Shown: in pieces, positions 1-13,941 of the stretch
Layout of the letters: every line of letters begins with the position of its first letter
Position numbering within the stretch: the first letter of the stretch is position 1
NCBI RefSeq assembly: GCF_009914755.1
Contig: NC_060925.1
Reading direction: 5' to 3' (one strand)
Length of the DNA: 64,000 nt
DNA from: the human T2T-CHM13v2.0 reference genome, Homo sapiens
Translations under genes and position numbers: made by a program
The notes under the pieces: generated by a model
Seen by the model: the letters and a program-made list of their open reading frames with translations, nothing else
Told to the model about the DNA's origin: nothing
Databases searched by the model: none

Positions 1-155
1 CATCTTAACTATAACCTCATGAGAGACCCCAAGCCAAAACCATCCAGCTAAGCTGTTACCAGATTCTTGACCTACAACAACTGTGTGAGATAATAAACAT
101 CTATTGATGTTTGAAACTGCTGAGGTTTAGGGTAATTTGTGATGCAGCAATGTAA
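1..155 (+). mobile_element. MLT1-type (ERVL-MaLR) LTR 3' end
   Basis: gagagacccc..cagctaagctg..gattcttgacc..gagataataaa..ggtaatttgtgatgcagcaat is a typical MLT1 terminus. Confidence 0.75.
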
Positions 156-164
156 TCACAGTAA

Positions 165-950
165 TAACTGTTTATTTAAAATCTATGGGTCATGTACTTT
201 ACTACGTTAGCCACTTTACATACATCACATCTAATCTTCACAAAACTCTAAGAAGTATTATTACTATCTTGCTTTTTTATAAACGGTAAAATGGAAGTAA
301 GGCACTGAAAACTTAATAGGCCTTCCTAAGGCCAAACTGAAAGCAGAAGAGAGAGGATTCGAACATATAACATATGTATGTACTACAAATCAATTACAAT
401 GACAAAATTGATCGTTTTTTCCTTTATCCTTCAGATTCCCATGAGGTCTGTCTACCTCATGGCTGGGCTAGGTTGACTATAATTGCACTGCTTCAGGTCA
501 CAGCACATTACACTGGCCTACAAGAGATATTCCCTGATGCCCCATAAGTGTAGAGACAGACTTATGCTGCTGCAGACCTTCAGCCTGTGGATTTAGACCT
601 CCATCCCTGAACCAATGAGAACCAGCATCCTCCCAGCTAAAGTTAGATGAGCTCTTATCTCCTCTCAAACCTCATTGTGCAGAAGGCCTAGTGTTATCAA
701 CAGAGCTCCTGTTCATAGCCTCTAACATGCATTACATTTACATGTTAATAATAAAGTCCTAGGGGATTTATTGTCATGATTACCTCACTTAATCTTTATT
801 TCATCCCTATGAAATAGGTGCCACCATTCATATTTGATGAAAAACTAAGCCCCAAGGCAGTTTAACATCTTTCATAAGGACAGGGAGCTAAGAAGTGGCA
901 GAATCAAGATAGGAACCCAGGTCTACCTGGTTCCTAATCTTTTACTCCAT
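165..950 (-). mobile_element. Two degraded MIR elements (~165-365 and ~780-950)
   Basis: MIR core in reverse: atctaatcttcacaa..; ccctatgaaataggt..gatgaaaaaactaagccc..agtggcagaatcaagataggaacccagg. Confidence 0.65.
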
Positions 951-1399
951 GATCTTGATTCATAAATAAGGCTGGCATCCTGCTCCATATCTGTTAATCA
1001 TAGCTCCTAGACTCTGTGGTCTGCTCTCCCCAGGGCTTGCTGCCTGCTCCCAAGATCCTTGGTCACTGGTATGGGTCTGGCTTTAATCAGAAAAGCCCTC
1101 CTTAGGTCCAAGATATTACAACCACCTGATGATAAGTCCCTTCACTGCCCAGAGATTCTAGCTGTGGAGCCTCTAGTAGCCTTAATTTTTTGGATACAAG
1201 GAGTGAAGCAGAACAGATCCATGTTTGTTCTGCTCTCAGGCTTTATAATTCATATACTTGGCTTAAAATGGCCACAGAGATAGTCACTGCAAAATTTCAA
1301 TATTGCAAAATTTGGGCCATTTTCAAGTAATGCCAGGCCCCAGTTTATCCCCCAATTTCAGGGGTGGTATTTATGAGCCACCTCTCAGCCAATCGGCAC

Positions 1400-1773
1400 A
1401 ACAGACTTTCCTGGACATATATACTTGTTCAAAGATGGGTTCATTATGACTCAATCACAGAATGAGAAGTGATAAAAAATTCTGCTAGGACTTCTGAGTG
1501 AGTCTCTTGTTTTTCCTAGGAGTAGAATTTGGGAGAATGTAAAGTCTGCAGCTGCTACAGCCATCGTGAGACCACATGTGGCCTGAGAATGGTGTTAATA
1601 CTGAGAAAGTTGAGTTAAGAGAAGGAGAAAAACAGATTGGGTCCTTTGAGCCCTGTATCAAGATGCACAAGATGTCAGATTTATTTGTGGATTATTCATT
1701 TACAAGAACCAATGAGTTCTCTATTTTTGCTTAAGCTAATTTAGGCTTGGACTGAAGAATCCTACTTATATAG
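1400..1773 (+). mobile_element. Old MLT1 (J/K-like) LTR fragment
   Basis: tttgagccctgtatcaag..accaatgagttctctatttttgcttaagctaatttagg..gaatcctacttatata. Confidence 0.55.
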
Positions 1774-2229
1774 TCCCTGTGCCTTAATTTAATTTAGCTT
1801 TTGTGTCTTGAATTCAAGTTCCTCTAGGCCTGAGGCCTGCCTTCAGCCTAATAGTGAAGGTCTTAACCAGCTCTTTCCTGACCTGATCTCCCTCATGATG
1901 ATCAGCTATGGTGCCTTGCGATGCCCTACCTTCCCAGAACTCAGTCCATTCAACTGGATGTTCCAAAATGGGACACCTGATCCCTTCCCAGTGATCAATC
2001 CCTTCACTGGAGCCCTGGAATAACGGCATCTTTCATAGATTTCTCAGGACAAATACCTTAGGAACATACTAATTAGTTTGTCTCTCAGAGACCACAAGCA
2101 CATGTATGCTTCTCCCTGCCTTTATGCATTTCTCAAATTCTGAAGTTTCTTTATTCAGATTTAACTAATCGTCCGAGTAACACCAATGTGATGTTTTTTG
2201 TTGTTGACCTGAGAGATGGAGTTTTTTGG

Positions 2230-3170
2230 GGGATGGAGGTGGGAGTATTAATTGGTACAATCTTTCCGGAAAATGAGTTGGCAATAAAGCCCAATAATTC
2301 CTTAAACATATTAATGGTCTTTGACCCAAAAATTCCATTTCTAAAATATCCAGTAAAAAACTAATATAAAAAAGTAAAAAGCTTTTTGCACAAATAAATT
2401 TATGGTAGAGTTATTTATAAGGGCAAAACATCTAGAAATAACATAATGCACAACAATAGAACTTTTTTTTTTGCAAATAAGGCTACAGATAAAAATTGGA
2501 ACATACTAGAGACTTTAAGAATAAATATACTTTTAAAATGCTCATAGATCTGGTAATTCCATCCCTAGTAATCTATTTTAGGATAATAAACCAAAATATA
2601 GACAAAAACATACATGCAGAGGTTGAGAAATTATTCATAAGGTAGAGAAACAAGAATCAAGTTAAATATCCAACATTATTGACATGGGAAAATATTTCTG
2701 CTGTAATATTAAGTGAAAAATCAATAGAAAATTTTATATTCTATATGATCTCAACTATGTAAAACAAAATTATACATGCAGAGAAAAAAAGCAAAGAAGT
2801 AAATGTGCTAAAATATTAAATAGTCATTGCCTCTGGGAGATAACTGATATTTTCATCATTATAAATTTTCTGTGTTTCTCAAAATTTGTACAATGAGCAT
2901 GTGCAATTTTTTAATAGAGAAAGTGATGATAAAAAGATGGTGTGTAAACTACATAGCAACATGGAGATTGTTTATGAAATAATGTTAAGTGAAAAAAGAT
3001 GTATATAAAACTTACTGTGATTGCAATTATGTAAATATGTTTCTGCATATAGACAAGAACTAAAAGGGAAAATGTAAAAATAGAATTCGATTTTGTATTG
3101 TGCTAAGGTTGTGGGATTAGGAGTAATTTATTTTTCTTCTCTAAAGATGATTTTAAAGCTGTTTTAATGA
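2230..3170 (+). mobile_element. Old L1ME-type 3' end fragments
   Basis: A-rich L1M 3' UTR motifs (ttgacccaaaaattccatttcta, aatattaagtgaaaaa, tttgtacaatgagcatg). Confidence 0.6.
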
Positions 3171-3684
3171 TGTGTATGCAGTTTTTGAAACAGCCCCTCG
3201 GCTGTTAGACCACTATACTGCTAGACTGGCTCTGCAGGTCTCATATTGGCTCTGAAAATGGCCATAAGGCAGTATCTAGTTTGGCCTCTCTTGTTCCCTT
3301 AGTCTCAGAAGGGCTGAGTTCAAATCATAGGAGACTTTAATTAGAGAAAAAGCCCAGAGTTGTCACGTACTGGGAAGCAGGATCAGTCCATCACCATCTA
3401 AAATAGGTATTGCTTTAACAAGGTTAAGAGGGGATAAAGAACTTTGTGAATATTTGCAGTACGGAATAAACCTAGCTGTGATTTTTTTCTGGAAGTTTCT
3501 ATCATATTTTAGGAAATCAATTGTATCTTCAGAATACAGCCTCATTAGTGAAAAAAACCCAGTGACTATCATGTCCCTGACATTCTAGGCTTTCTTTATG
3601 CCTAGAAAAGTGGGTCAGCTTGAATTCTGTCTGGGGAAGAGGACTGAAAGGGATAATATCACAGATGAAGTGATATTTCTATGC

Positions 3685-3915
3685 AGCAGTGAAAAAGACA
3701 AAGGATTTAGAATCCGATTTAGATTTGAATCCTGATTCCATTACTTATTAATTGTGTTCACGTGGACAGTTCATATAATCTCATAGCAGCTTGTTTTGCT
3801 TCTCTGCAAAACAGGAAAGATAACTGCCTTATGGTATAACAGGGAGATTTATGTGGAAAATATATATAAAGGGCTTAACCTAGCTCTGACTCTGAGTAGA
3901 CATTCCTAAATGCTT
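3685..3915 (+). mobile_element. MIR
   Basis: tttgaatcctgattccattacttattaattgtgt..ctctgcaaaacaggaaagataa. Confidence 0.65.
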
Positions 3916-3949
3916 TTCCTTTAGTTTACTCCACCAAATATCTATAACA

Positions 3950-5573
3950 ATTTGACAAGATGGACAACATAATTCCATGAAGATAGAATAGTCTTCTCAA
4001 CAAATAGTTCTGTGAAAACTGGATGGCCACATGCAAAAGAGTAAAGTTAGACTCCTACCTTACATAATATAAACACATTAACTCAAAATGGATCTAATAC
4101 CTAAATTTAAGAGATAAAGCTATAAAATTCTTAGAAGAGAGCATAGGTATGGGCCGGGTGCGGTGGCTCGTGCCTGTAATCCCAGCATTTGGGAGGCTGA
4201 GGCAGGCAGATCACAAGGTCAGGAGATCGAGAACATCCTGGCTAACACAGTGAAACCCCATCTCTGCTAAAAATACAAAAAATTAGCCGGGTGTGGTGGC
4301 AGGCGCCTGCAGTCCCAGCTACTCAGGAGGCTGAGGCAGGAGAATGGTGTGAACCCGGAAGGTGGAGCTTTCAGTGAGCCAAGATCGCACCGCTGCACTC
4401 CAGCCTGGGTGACAAAGTGAGACTCTGTCTAAAAAAAAAAGAGAAGAGAGCATAGGAGTACATTTTGAACCTTGGGTTAAACAGTGGTTTCTTAGATATG
4501 ATATAAAAATCATAAACAGCAAAAGGAAAAATGGATAAACTTCATCAGAATTAAACTTTTTGCTTCAAAGAACAACAATAAAGAAGTGAAAAGACAGCAC
4601 ATAAAAATGTAAGAAAATATTTACAAATCATACATCTGATAAAATAGTATCCAGAATATATATTCTGAAAACCTCTTAAATGCAATAAAAAGACAAATAT
4701 AGTCCAATCAAAAATGGGTAAAGGCAAATAATTAGAATAGACATTTCTCCATAGAAGTAATACAAAGGGCCCATAAGCACATGAAAATACATTTGTTATC
4801 ATTAGACATCAGAAAAAATGCAAATCAAAGCCACAATGAGATACCACTTTACACCCATTAGGATGTTTGTAATAAAAAGATAGATAATAACAAGTGTCAG
4901 AGAGGATGTGGAGAAACTGGAACTGTCCTCCACTGATGATGGGAATATAAAAGGTGCAATGATTTTGTCAAGCAGTTTGGCAGTTTCTCAAAATCTTTAT
5001 TGTAAAGTTTACCATATGACTAGCAATTCCATTCCTAGGTACATATGCAAGATAATTAAAAACATCTGTCCACACAAAAACTTTTGTGCAAATGTTCATA
5101 GCAGATTATTCGTAAAATCCCCAAATGGAAACATCCCAAATGTCCAATAACAGATGAATGAAAAAATAAATTGTGGTGTATCTAATGTAATACTATTTGG
5201 CAAGAAAAAGGAATGAAGTATGCTGATACATGCTACAACATGGGTGAACCTTGAAAACACTGTGGTAAGTGAAAAAAGCCAGTCACAATAGGCCATATAT
5301 GGTATGATTTGATTTATATAAAATGTCCACAATAGGCAAATCCATAGAGACAGAAAGTTATAACAGTGGTTGCCAGGGGTCAGGAAAAGGAGAAATTGAG
5401 AATGACTGCCAGTCGGTATGGAGTTTATGTTTGGGGTGATGGCAGTGTTCTGGAACTAGGTAGTGGTAATGGTTGCACAACTGTGTAAATATGCTGAAAA
5501 CCACTAAATTATCACTTTAATGAGGATTTTATGGCATGTGAATTATATCTCAATAAAGCTGTTATTAAAAAAA
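3950..5573 (+). mobile_element. L1MB-type 3' segment (ORF2 end and 3' UTR), interrupted by AluY
   Basis: gtcttctcaacaaatag..aatgcaaatcaaagccacaatgagataccac..tatctcaataaagctgttattaaaaaa. Confidence 0.9.
4152..4441 (+). mobile_element. AluY
   Basis: Full dimer with Y-type diagnostics (ctggctaacac, gaatggtgtgaacc). TSD agaagagagcatagg at 4133-4147 and 4442-4456. Confidence 0.95.
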
Positions 5574-5659
5574 GGTATGACCAGCACTTTTAACTTGGTG
5601 GGAATATAAAAATCTTTCTAAAAGTATGATAAAGTATATTAGTCATTGAAAAATATTCA

Positions 5660-6480
5660 TGTCATCCTCATTGCAGTGCACTTCCCTATGGGAAGATTGC
5701 ACATATCTACCCATTTGAATTTATGGTCATATGACCATAAATTCAAATCCTTGCTTTGATCAAGGATATTTAGGCAGAAGTGACGCCTTCTAAGAGTTTT
5801 TAAGGGGAGAGTCGTGGCTCCTCATCCCTCCCTTTTCCCTCTGTCACAATGACTAACATGGCAAATGCTAGGCCTCCCCACAATCCAACCTATTTTCCCA
5901 GCTTATTATTTCTGGATGTGTTGAATAACTTCCAACTGGCAACACCTGCAAATCCATCCCGAAGGTTTTCTCTGACCCATTGGAATCTGGTCATTGCATA
6001 CATTGAGCAGATCAGAAGTGTCAGGGAATCAACACCTCCACCCTCTCTCCTGCTCCTTTGTCCCTGAGAAGTATAACTATGTAGCTTATTTTCCACACTG
6101 GTTCCATGGGCTCTCCAGTGGGATTAAGTCCCAGTTGCCCTCTGTGGTAGCTTGCTTGATAATGAATCTTTCTCGGCTTTTTTTCTTTTCCTGTCTCACT
6201 TCCTCACTCCTCTACCAATGTCTCTGGGATCACCTCCAATTTGCACTAAAGTCTTTGTGTAAAGGTCTGCTTCTTAGTGAACCCCAACTAAGACACCCAG
6301 TGATATTACAAATAGAGGATGACTGTTCTGCCTGGCTGCTAGAACACAAAAGATACAAAGCATAACTGGCTGCAGTCCAAAAGGGACATGTACCAAGAGT
6401 GAATAAGCCTTTGCTTTTTAAGCTTTTGCAATTTGATGTAATTGTTACTTCAGTGTCACAACTAGTGAATGATGTATACC
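5660..6480 (+). mobile_element. Old MLT1 LTR split by an LTR16-like ERVL LTR (~5880-6296)
   Basis: MLT1 motif ggtcatatgac..ttgctttgatcaa..ggcagaagtgac. LTR16-like end ggtctgcttcttagtgaaccccaactaagaca at 6296. Confidence 0.65.
5713..5748. repeat. Perfect 36-bp palindrome with no spacer
   Basis: atttgaatttatggtcat|atgaccataaattcaaat; the two 18-nt arms are exact reverse complements. Confidence 0.98.
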
Positions 6481-8309
6481 TCTCCTCAGTAATTCTTATT
6501 CTAGGAATTTTTCCTAAAGAAATAGTTAGAGATATAGACCAAAATTTTTATATAAGAATGCTCACCGTGGTGTTATTTGTAATGAAATAATTGGAGACAA
6601 CAACAGTAATAATATACAACAATAGGGGAATTAAAAATAGAATAGAATGCTTTTTAGCCATATAAGATTCCCTCTTAGAGAATATTAAATAATATTGGAA
6701 GATGTTCACACTACATTCGAATAACAATAGTTTATATGGTATCATTCAAATTTCATTTTAAAAATTATATCTACAACTGTGTATACATGGACAAAAAATA
6801 AGTCTCTCTCCTCAGTCTGCTGGTAAGGATTTTACCTGGACAGGAAAAGAATACGGTACTTCCTCATATTGCCTCCCTTCTACTGACGAGGTTATAGGAA
6901 AATCAACTTTCTAAAAAGTAAAGAAGAAACTATAGTTGAACTTCTGGGCCAAACGACTAAATAAGTTCATATTTCAATAAGCCCATTTATTCCCATCAAA
7001 TAGTAATATTGGATAATATGTGAAAAAAGAAATGAAACTATATTGTTGGGCTCCATTGTGGGAGACATCACCACAAAGCTCAAATGTACAGAAATGCAAA
7101 AGGGTAAGTGGTTCTGGGGCTACTGGCTAGCTGAAATCTGAATGTAGAAGAAGACAGTAGCAGTTGGACGTCTGCCTCCTATGGGATAAGGGAGACTAAA
7201 AGTACACTACAGGAGATGGGAATCAGAGATAAGCTTCTGCTTAGAGCAAGGACCTTGGGTGGGGCTCTCCTGTCATGAAAGGAGCCTAGAAAAAAAGGCT
7301 GCTGCATAACTTTTGGGAGATAGCTCTCATCCATTGTAGGTATAGAGAGGTGAGGAATATAGACTCAGGAACCAGATGCAATGGTTCTGTTAACTTTTTG
7401 TCATTGAATCTGCAATATACTCAATATTCCCCAGGTCCTATACTGAAGATGTGGGTAGAGGCAACTGCAAAAACCATCACACAGGGAGATGTGAACACAG
7501 TGGGAGTTTGAGGGGTGAGAAAAGAGAAAACCAGAAAATTTCCTTCTCAAAGTGATCTTACAAATTAAAATTTCAAAACACATGAAGAAATCGAATGCTA
7601 AAAATGATACTAAACAAAATCAACAATTGGAACTTGAATTTCCTCCAGATGAAACTTATTTTATGGAACAAAGATTTTAAAATAAGCATATTGAGGATGT
7701 TCAAAGAAACAAATGAAGACATTAAAACTGAACAAGAAATTATGAAACAGAACAGGCAGAAATAAAACAAGAACAGGTGGGTATGAATAAAATTAGAAAT
7801 CTTGGAAATGAAAAAACATAGTCATTGAAATATTGAAAGAGACAGAAAAAAATCTAGACTAGACATGGTCAAAAGTGAATTTATAAATGCAAGTTACTTG
7901 TGAGGAATTCAAAATCAGTGCAGTAAGACAAAAATAATAAAAGTTATGAAAAATCAATTAAGAACCATGGAGGGCTGCTTAATAGCATCTAGCATTTGTC
8001 CAATAGAAATTGTTGAAGAGAGTCAAAGGAATAAAGGATAAAAGCAATATTTGAAGAGTTAATTTGCCAATAATTTCCCTAAATTAAAGAAAGACATAGA
8101 ATCTTAAGTGAAAAGTATACTCAGAGTATCAAGCAGGATAAATAAAAATAAATTCACATCTAGACCCAACAAAGTGAAAAGGCAAAACATTCAGATTAAA
8201 AAATAATATTGAAACCTGCCCAAGAAAAAAATAGGTTACCAAAACAATTATATGATGGCAGACTTCTCATCAGCAACTATGGATCCCAGAAGACAATGAA
8301 AAAATAGGC

Positions 8310-9417
<1,108 letters not shown>

Positions 9418-11980
9418 TCACTACACATATACATCACTACTGCATTTTGGTTACATCACTATCCCCAAAATGTACTGCTGTTTTGCATGCTTTTAAGCTT
9501 ATATAAATGGTATTATACTCCAAACAAAGAAAAAATCCTTAAAGTTCAAAGGAACATCCTCCTCAAACTCAAATTTATACCCAGCCAAGTTATCATTCCA
9601 GACAGAAGTCAAAACAAGAATATATACAGATTAAGAGGGTTACCATGGACTCTCACTAAAATAGCTATTAAAGAATGCACTTTGGTAAGGTAATATAGGA
9701 AAGGCTTGATATACAATAAACAAAAGAATGCAAAAATTCATAAACTATGTAGGAAAAGTCAATGAGCTAATAATAATAATACATTGTTTTCCTTTTTCCA
9801 AAAAGTTTAACTTAGTCTAAACAAGAATAACTAGGTGACAGTGTTCAATAGGTGGTTAAAGCATGTAAGGCCTTTATGTGGCTGAAAGAATGCTAGAAAG
9901 TCGCAATAACTGTAGACTTTGTTGTAAGAAAATGTATAGCTAAGTACATACCCACATATAACCAGTTAAGGTTAGAAATAAAATAGATAGCATCCAAATC
10001 CACAGAGAATGCAATAAAAAAGGTAACATATAAAAATGTTTAAAAGGCAGAAAAGAAATAAAGTGAATGATAAACAGAAAACACAAATATGGTGGTAGAA
10101 ATATGTCTAAATATATTAGTTATTATAATAAATGAAAATACATTAAATTCACCTGTCACAATATAAGGATTATTATACTGTATTTTAAAAATTTAATTGT
10201 TGCTTTCAAAAGATAAGCATGAAAGGCAAAGGTCCAAGGGTATTTCCCCATAAATTATTAAGATGATATGAAAATTAGAATTTATTATAAATAAGACAAT
10301 GTTGAATCGATGCAGAATTAAGCGTGGTAGGCCAATGCAATAGTATCGAGAAGAAAATAGATTTTGTATATAGTAAAACTGATAGATGACAGATGTGTAA
10401 TTACTAATGGGTAGAAATATAGACTAGTGGTTTATGGTGCTGAGACAATGGGTTATCCATACACACACAAAAAAATAAATTCCTATTTCATATACAAAGA
10501 TCAGTCCTAAATGAGACAAGTAAAGACCCAAGTGTGACACAAAACTTGAGAAATTTTAGAAGTAAATACAGGAGAATACGATATTTAGATAGGGAGGATT
10601 TCTTAAATAAGTCACAAAAGTAAAGCCTATAAAACAAGAGATCGATAAATTCAACTACATAAAAAAATTTTTTAAAACCTCGCATATATCAAAACACATC
10701 ATGGAAAAAATTTAAAAATACAAGCCATAGTCTGGGAGAAGATGTTTGCAATGTATATAAGTGACACAGTACTGATATTCAGAACAATAAACTCCTAAAA
10801 ATCAATAAAAAGAGACAACCCAATAGAATACAGATAAAGGATATGAAAAATCAATTCACAGAAGAAACCAAAGTGGACAATAAAGATATAAAAAGATGCC
10901 CTATCTCATTAGTAATTAGGGAAACATATATTATAACAGCAATAAGATACCATTTCATGTTCATCATGACAACTGGCAAAATTTATAAGTCTGACAATTT
11001 CAAGTGTTAAGGCTGCAGAGGAATGAAAACTCTTACATTCTGCTATTGGAAGAGTAAATATGTTCAATTACTTTGGAAAACAATTGGTCATTATGTAGTT
11101 AATTTGAAGATGCATATAATTAATAAATCATTTTCCCTAGAGAAATTCTCATACTCATACATAAAGAGACATGCACAAAAATGCTCTAAGCAGCATTACT
11201 TGCAATTGCAAGTGGCTATAAATAACCTAAATTCTGATCAATACAATGGATAAATTGTAATTCAATCATATATGGAATATCTAACAGCAATTAAAATAAA
11301 TGAAGCAGAGCTATGTGTTTCAATATAAGTGAATCTCTACAATATAATCATGAGTAGGGAAAAAGTCATAGAATGACATTGATAGTGTGATACCACAGGA
11401 ATTTGTAAAGCAATACCAGTTACATTTTTTGATACAAAGATAAGGAAAAACATTGAATTCATGACAGTGCTTACCTGTAGGGTGAAGGGACAAAGATGTA
11501 TTAGGAAGGAGTATAGAATAGTCTCAGTTACATTTATAATTTTCGTCCAAAAATAGGTGACTCTGGCATATAAGACACATTTTGATATGACAAAGCCAAG
11601 GGGTTGGCATGGGGGCAATAAATGGCTGTTCATTATATCGCTACTCTTTTCTGCATATTTGAAATTATTCACAATAAACAAAATAAGACTTTAAAGAAGG
11701 TATCAAGCAGATTAAGGCTTTCAAATTCCTGATCAGCATTTCAGAAGGCTCCCAGTCTATGACTGGCCACATCACACTGCAGTTCTGTTGTTGAAGATGG
11801 TCTGGGGAGGAGTTCAGACAAGCCAGTACCTCCTACTGGCAGAGCAAGAAAGGTAGCAAGTTGATTCCTAGCTGCTGCAGCTCCTGGTGAGATGTAGAAT
11901 GGGGGTGAATTTGATAGCACAAGATAGTGAATGAAAGTCCTTTTGACATGGAATAGAGTCATCCAGATAATAGCATGATC

Positions 11981-12193
11981 CAATGGTGCTTCCTAACCTT
12001 TCTAAGTCATGGCACACATTGATAATATTTGTCTGACACATTGGAGTGGAAGCTACCACCTAGGGGGCTTCAGTTGCGCTAGGTCCTACCTGTGTCCCTG
12101 AGAGCTGAGTGAATCGGTATCTCACAATATCACACAAGTATAGCCCATTTGCAATACACCAGTGTGCCACAATACATCTTTTGGGATGCCCTG
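11981..12193 (+). mobile_element. hAT-Charlie MITE, MER117-like
   Basis: cctaacctttctaagtcatggcacacattgataatatttg..caccagtgtgccac..ttgggatgccctg. Confidence 0.7.
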
Positions 12194-13901
12194 GCTCAGA
12201 ATTTATTCTTTTCACATCTAAGAGGAGGGATAATAATGAACCACTCAAAACTCCGGCAGTGCTGATTTTTTTTTCAATCCCAAAGCTGTCTAAATGGACT
12301 GTACTAAAGAGTCACAACTACTTTGCTTGAATTTGTGAAGTAGTAATTAGGAGCAGAAAGAGGTTGTACAAAAGAAATGCACTTAACAGAGCCTGAAGAT
12401 TTCCCCCTAAAGCAACTGAAGACAGATCAACAACTCTCTCCAATTCATACTTAGCTATCATATCAGGGTGTGACCTGATAAACTCAGATGTGGAAGCAGG
12501 CAATGTGGACAGTGTATTGTGGAGTAGAACAGGATGCAATTAAAAGCAATTAAACTGTATCGGACATAGATAATCCCTCACCACCACCTTAGGAGGAATT
12601 GGTAGGTCATACAAGTGAGCCACTCTAGTCATGTCAGCCCAGGATTTGGAATTTCTATATATGTTAATCATATATATGTTAAATGTAGATCATTCTATGG
12701 AATAGAGTAAACTTTTTTTGAACTAATTCTATCTTTATTCTTCAGAAGTCTCAAGCTCAAAGAGTTCTATCAGGTATAGAACTATAGTAAGGTCACCCAA
12801 ACTAGTGGCTGCACCTTACAGTTGCAGTCACTTTTTTATACCCTAGTTATGTAGACCAGATAATTGCTAGGATAGTGACTACAGAGGGCAATATCTCAGT
12901 CTCTTTGAAAGTGAGGCACTGGCCCATGGATACAGCATGGTAGGCTTTGTGGAGGGAAGGGCTGACAGAGTTCAGCCATGCTGGTTACTAATATATTGAA
13001 ACATATCCAAATGTATTGGTAATTAGTCATCCCCTGAGACCCACAAACCTGCCGTATGACCACTGTGCCACACTAGCTCTTCCTCCAGAACCCCAACTCC
13101 CCACAGTCCAGTAACCAAAGTGTTAATGCCTAGCATAGCAGATGGCTGTTAAATATTTTGAATATCACCCATGGATGAAGATAACCACCACATCAACTCT
13201 CAAATGCTCACTAACCCTGCTGGCACCATCATCCCCATGATCATAAGACAGAACAGTACCTCTTTTTGTCCAACTTTGCCTTAAGTTTCCAAACCAGAGT
13301 AAAATACCTCTCTGAAAGAATTAAACTGCTCAGCCTCTTCTAGGCCAGATGTCAGCTATAGAGGGGAAAAAAGACCTTTTAATCCCATGGTCATGGTCAC
13401 AGCTTTTTGGGTGGACCTGACCTTCCCTTAAAAGTGAGAGACAAAAGTTATCTTGACCCTCTACACAGCCAACCAAATCTGCTCACTTTCCCAGACTGGC
13501 CCAATCTTATGAGCCATCCTCCCTTCATTCTATGGCACCTTCCAAGCAGATTCTCCATTCCACATGATTCTAAAACTTATTTCTCAGGGACTGGGAGACT
13601 TCCTTGACACGTGGGTCCAATGAGTGATTTGGAGAGAACTTGACCCTAGAATATGCAGCAACATCCAGAGTATCAGCCCTGCCACCCATAGTCAAGAGGA
13701 GGCAGCACAGGGCTGGCAGGGAGAAAATAAACTGCCTGTGGAGCAGAGGGTAGGGGAGGAGACGAATCATTCATGGTGCAAGAGTTCTGCCGTTCATTCA
13801 GGGAGCCAAAAGAGAAGGGCAAGAATTGCATTTGGATAGGCAACAAGGCATCATTCAAGAAATAAGGGAAAAGCAAAGGCAGAAGGGCCACGCCTACTCA
13901 C

Positions 13902-13941
13902 CAGGGCTGGTTATCGTCAGGAGGTCAAGCTTTCGTTGTTG
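13902..13941 (-). CDS. AGBL4: Internal 40-nt coding exon of AGBL4 (cytosolic carboxypeptidase 6), probably exon 6
   Basis: Minus strand reads gtgttttcttttgcag|CAACAACGAAAGCTTGACCTCCTGACGATAACCAGCCCTG|gtgagt. It has a strong acceptor and donor and translates in phase 0 to QQRKLDLLTITSP+1 nt, matching the remembered AGBL4 sequence ...SVQQRKLDLLTITSPDNLREG... The exon number is from memory. Confidence 0.93.

Noticed and set aside
12056-12070. CTCF-like accacctagggggc in MER117
   Set aside because: Two mismatches at high-information 5' positions.
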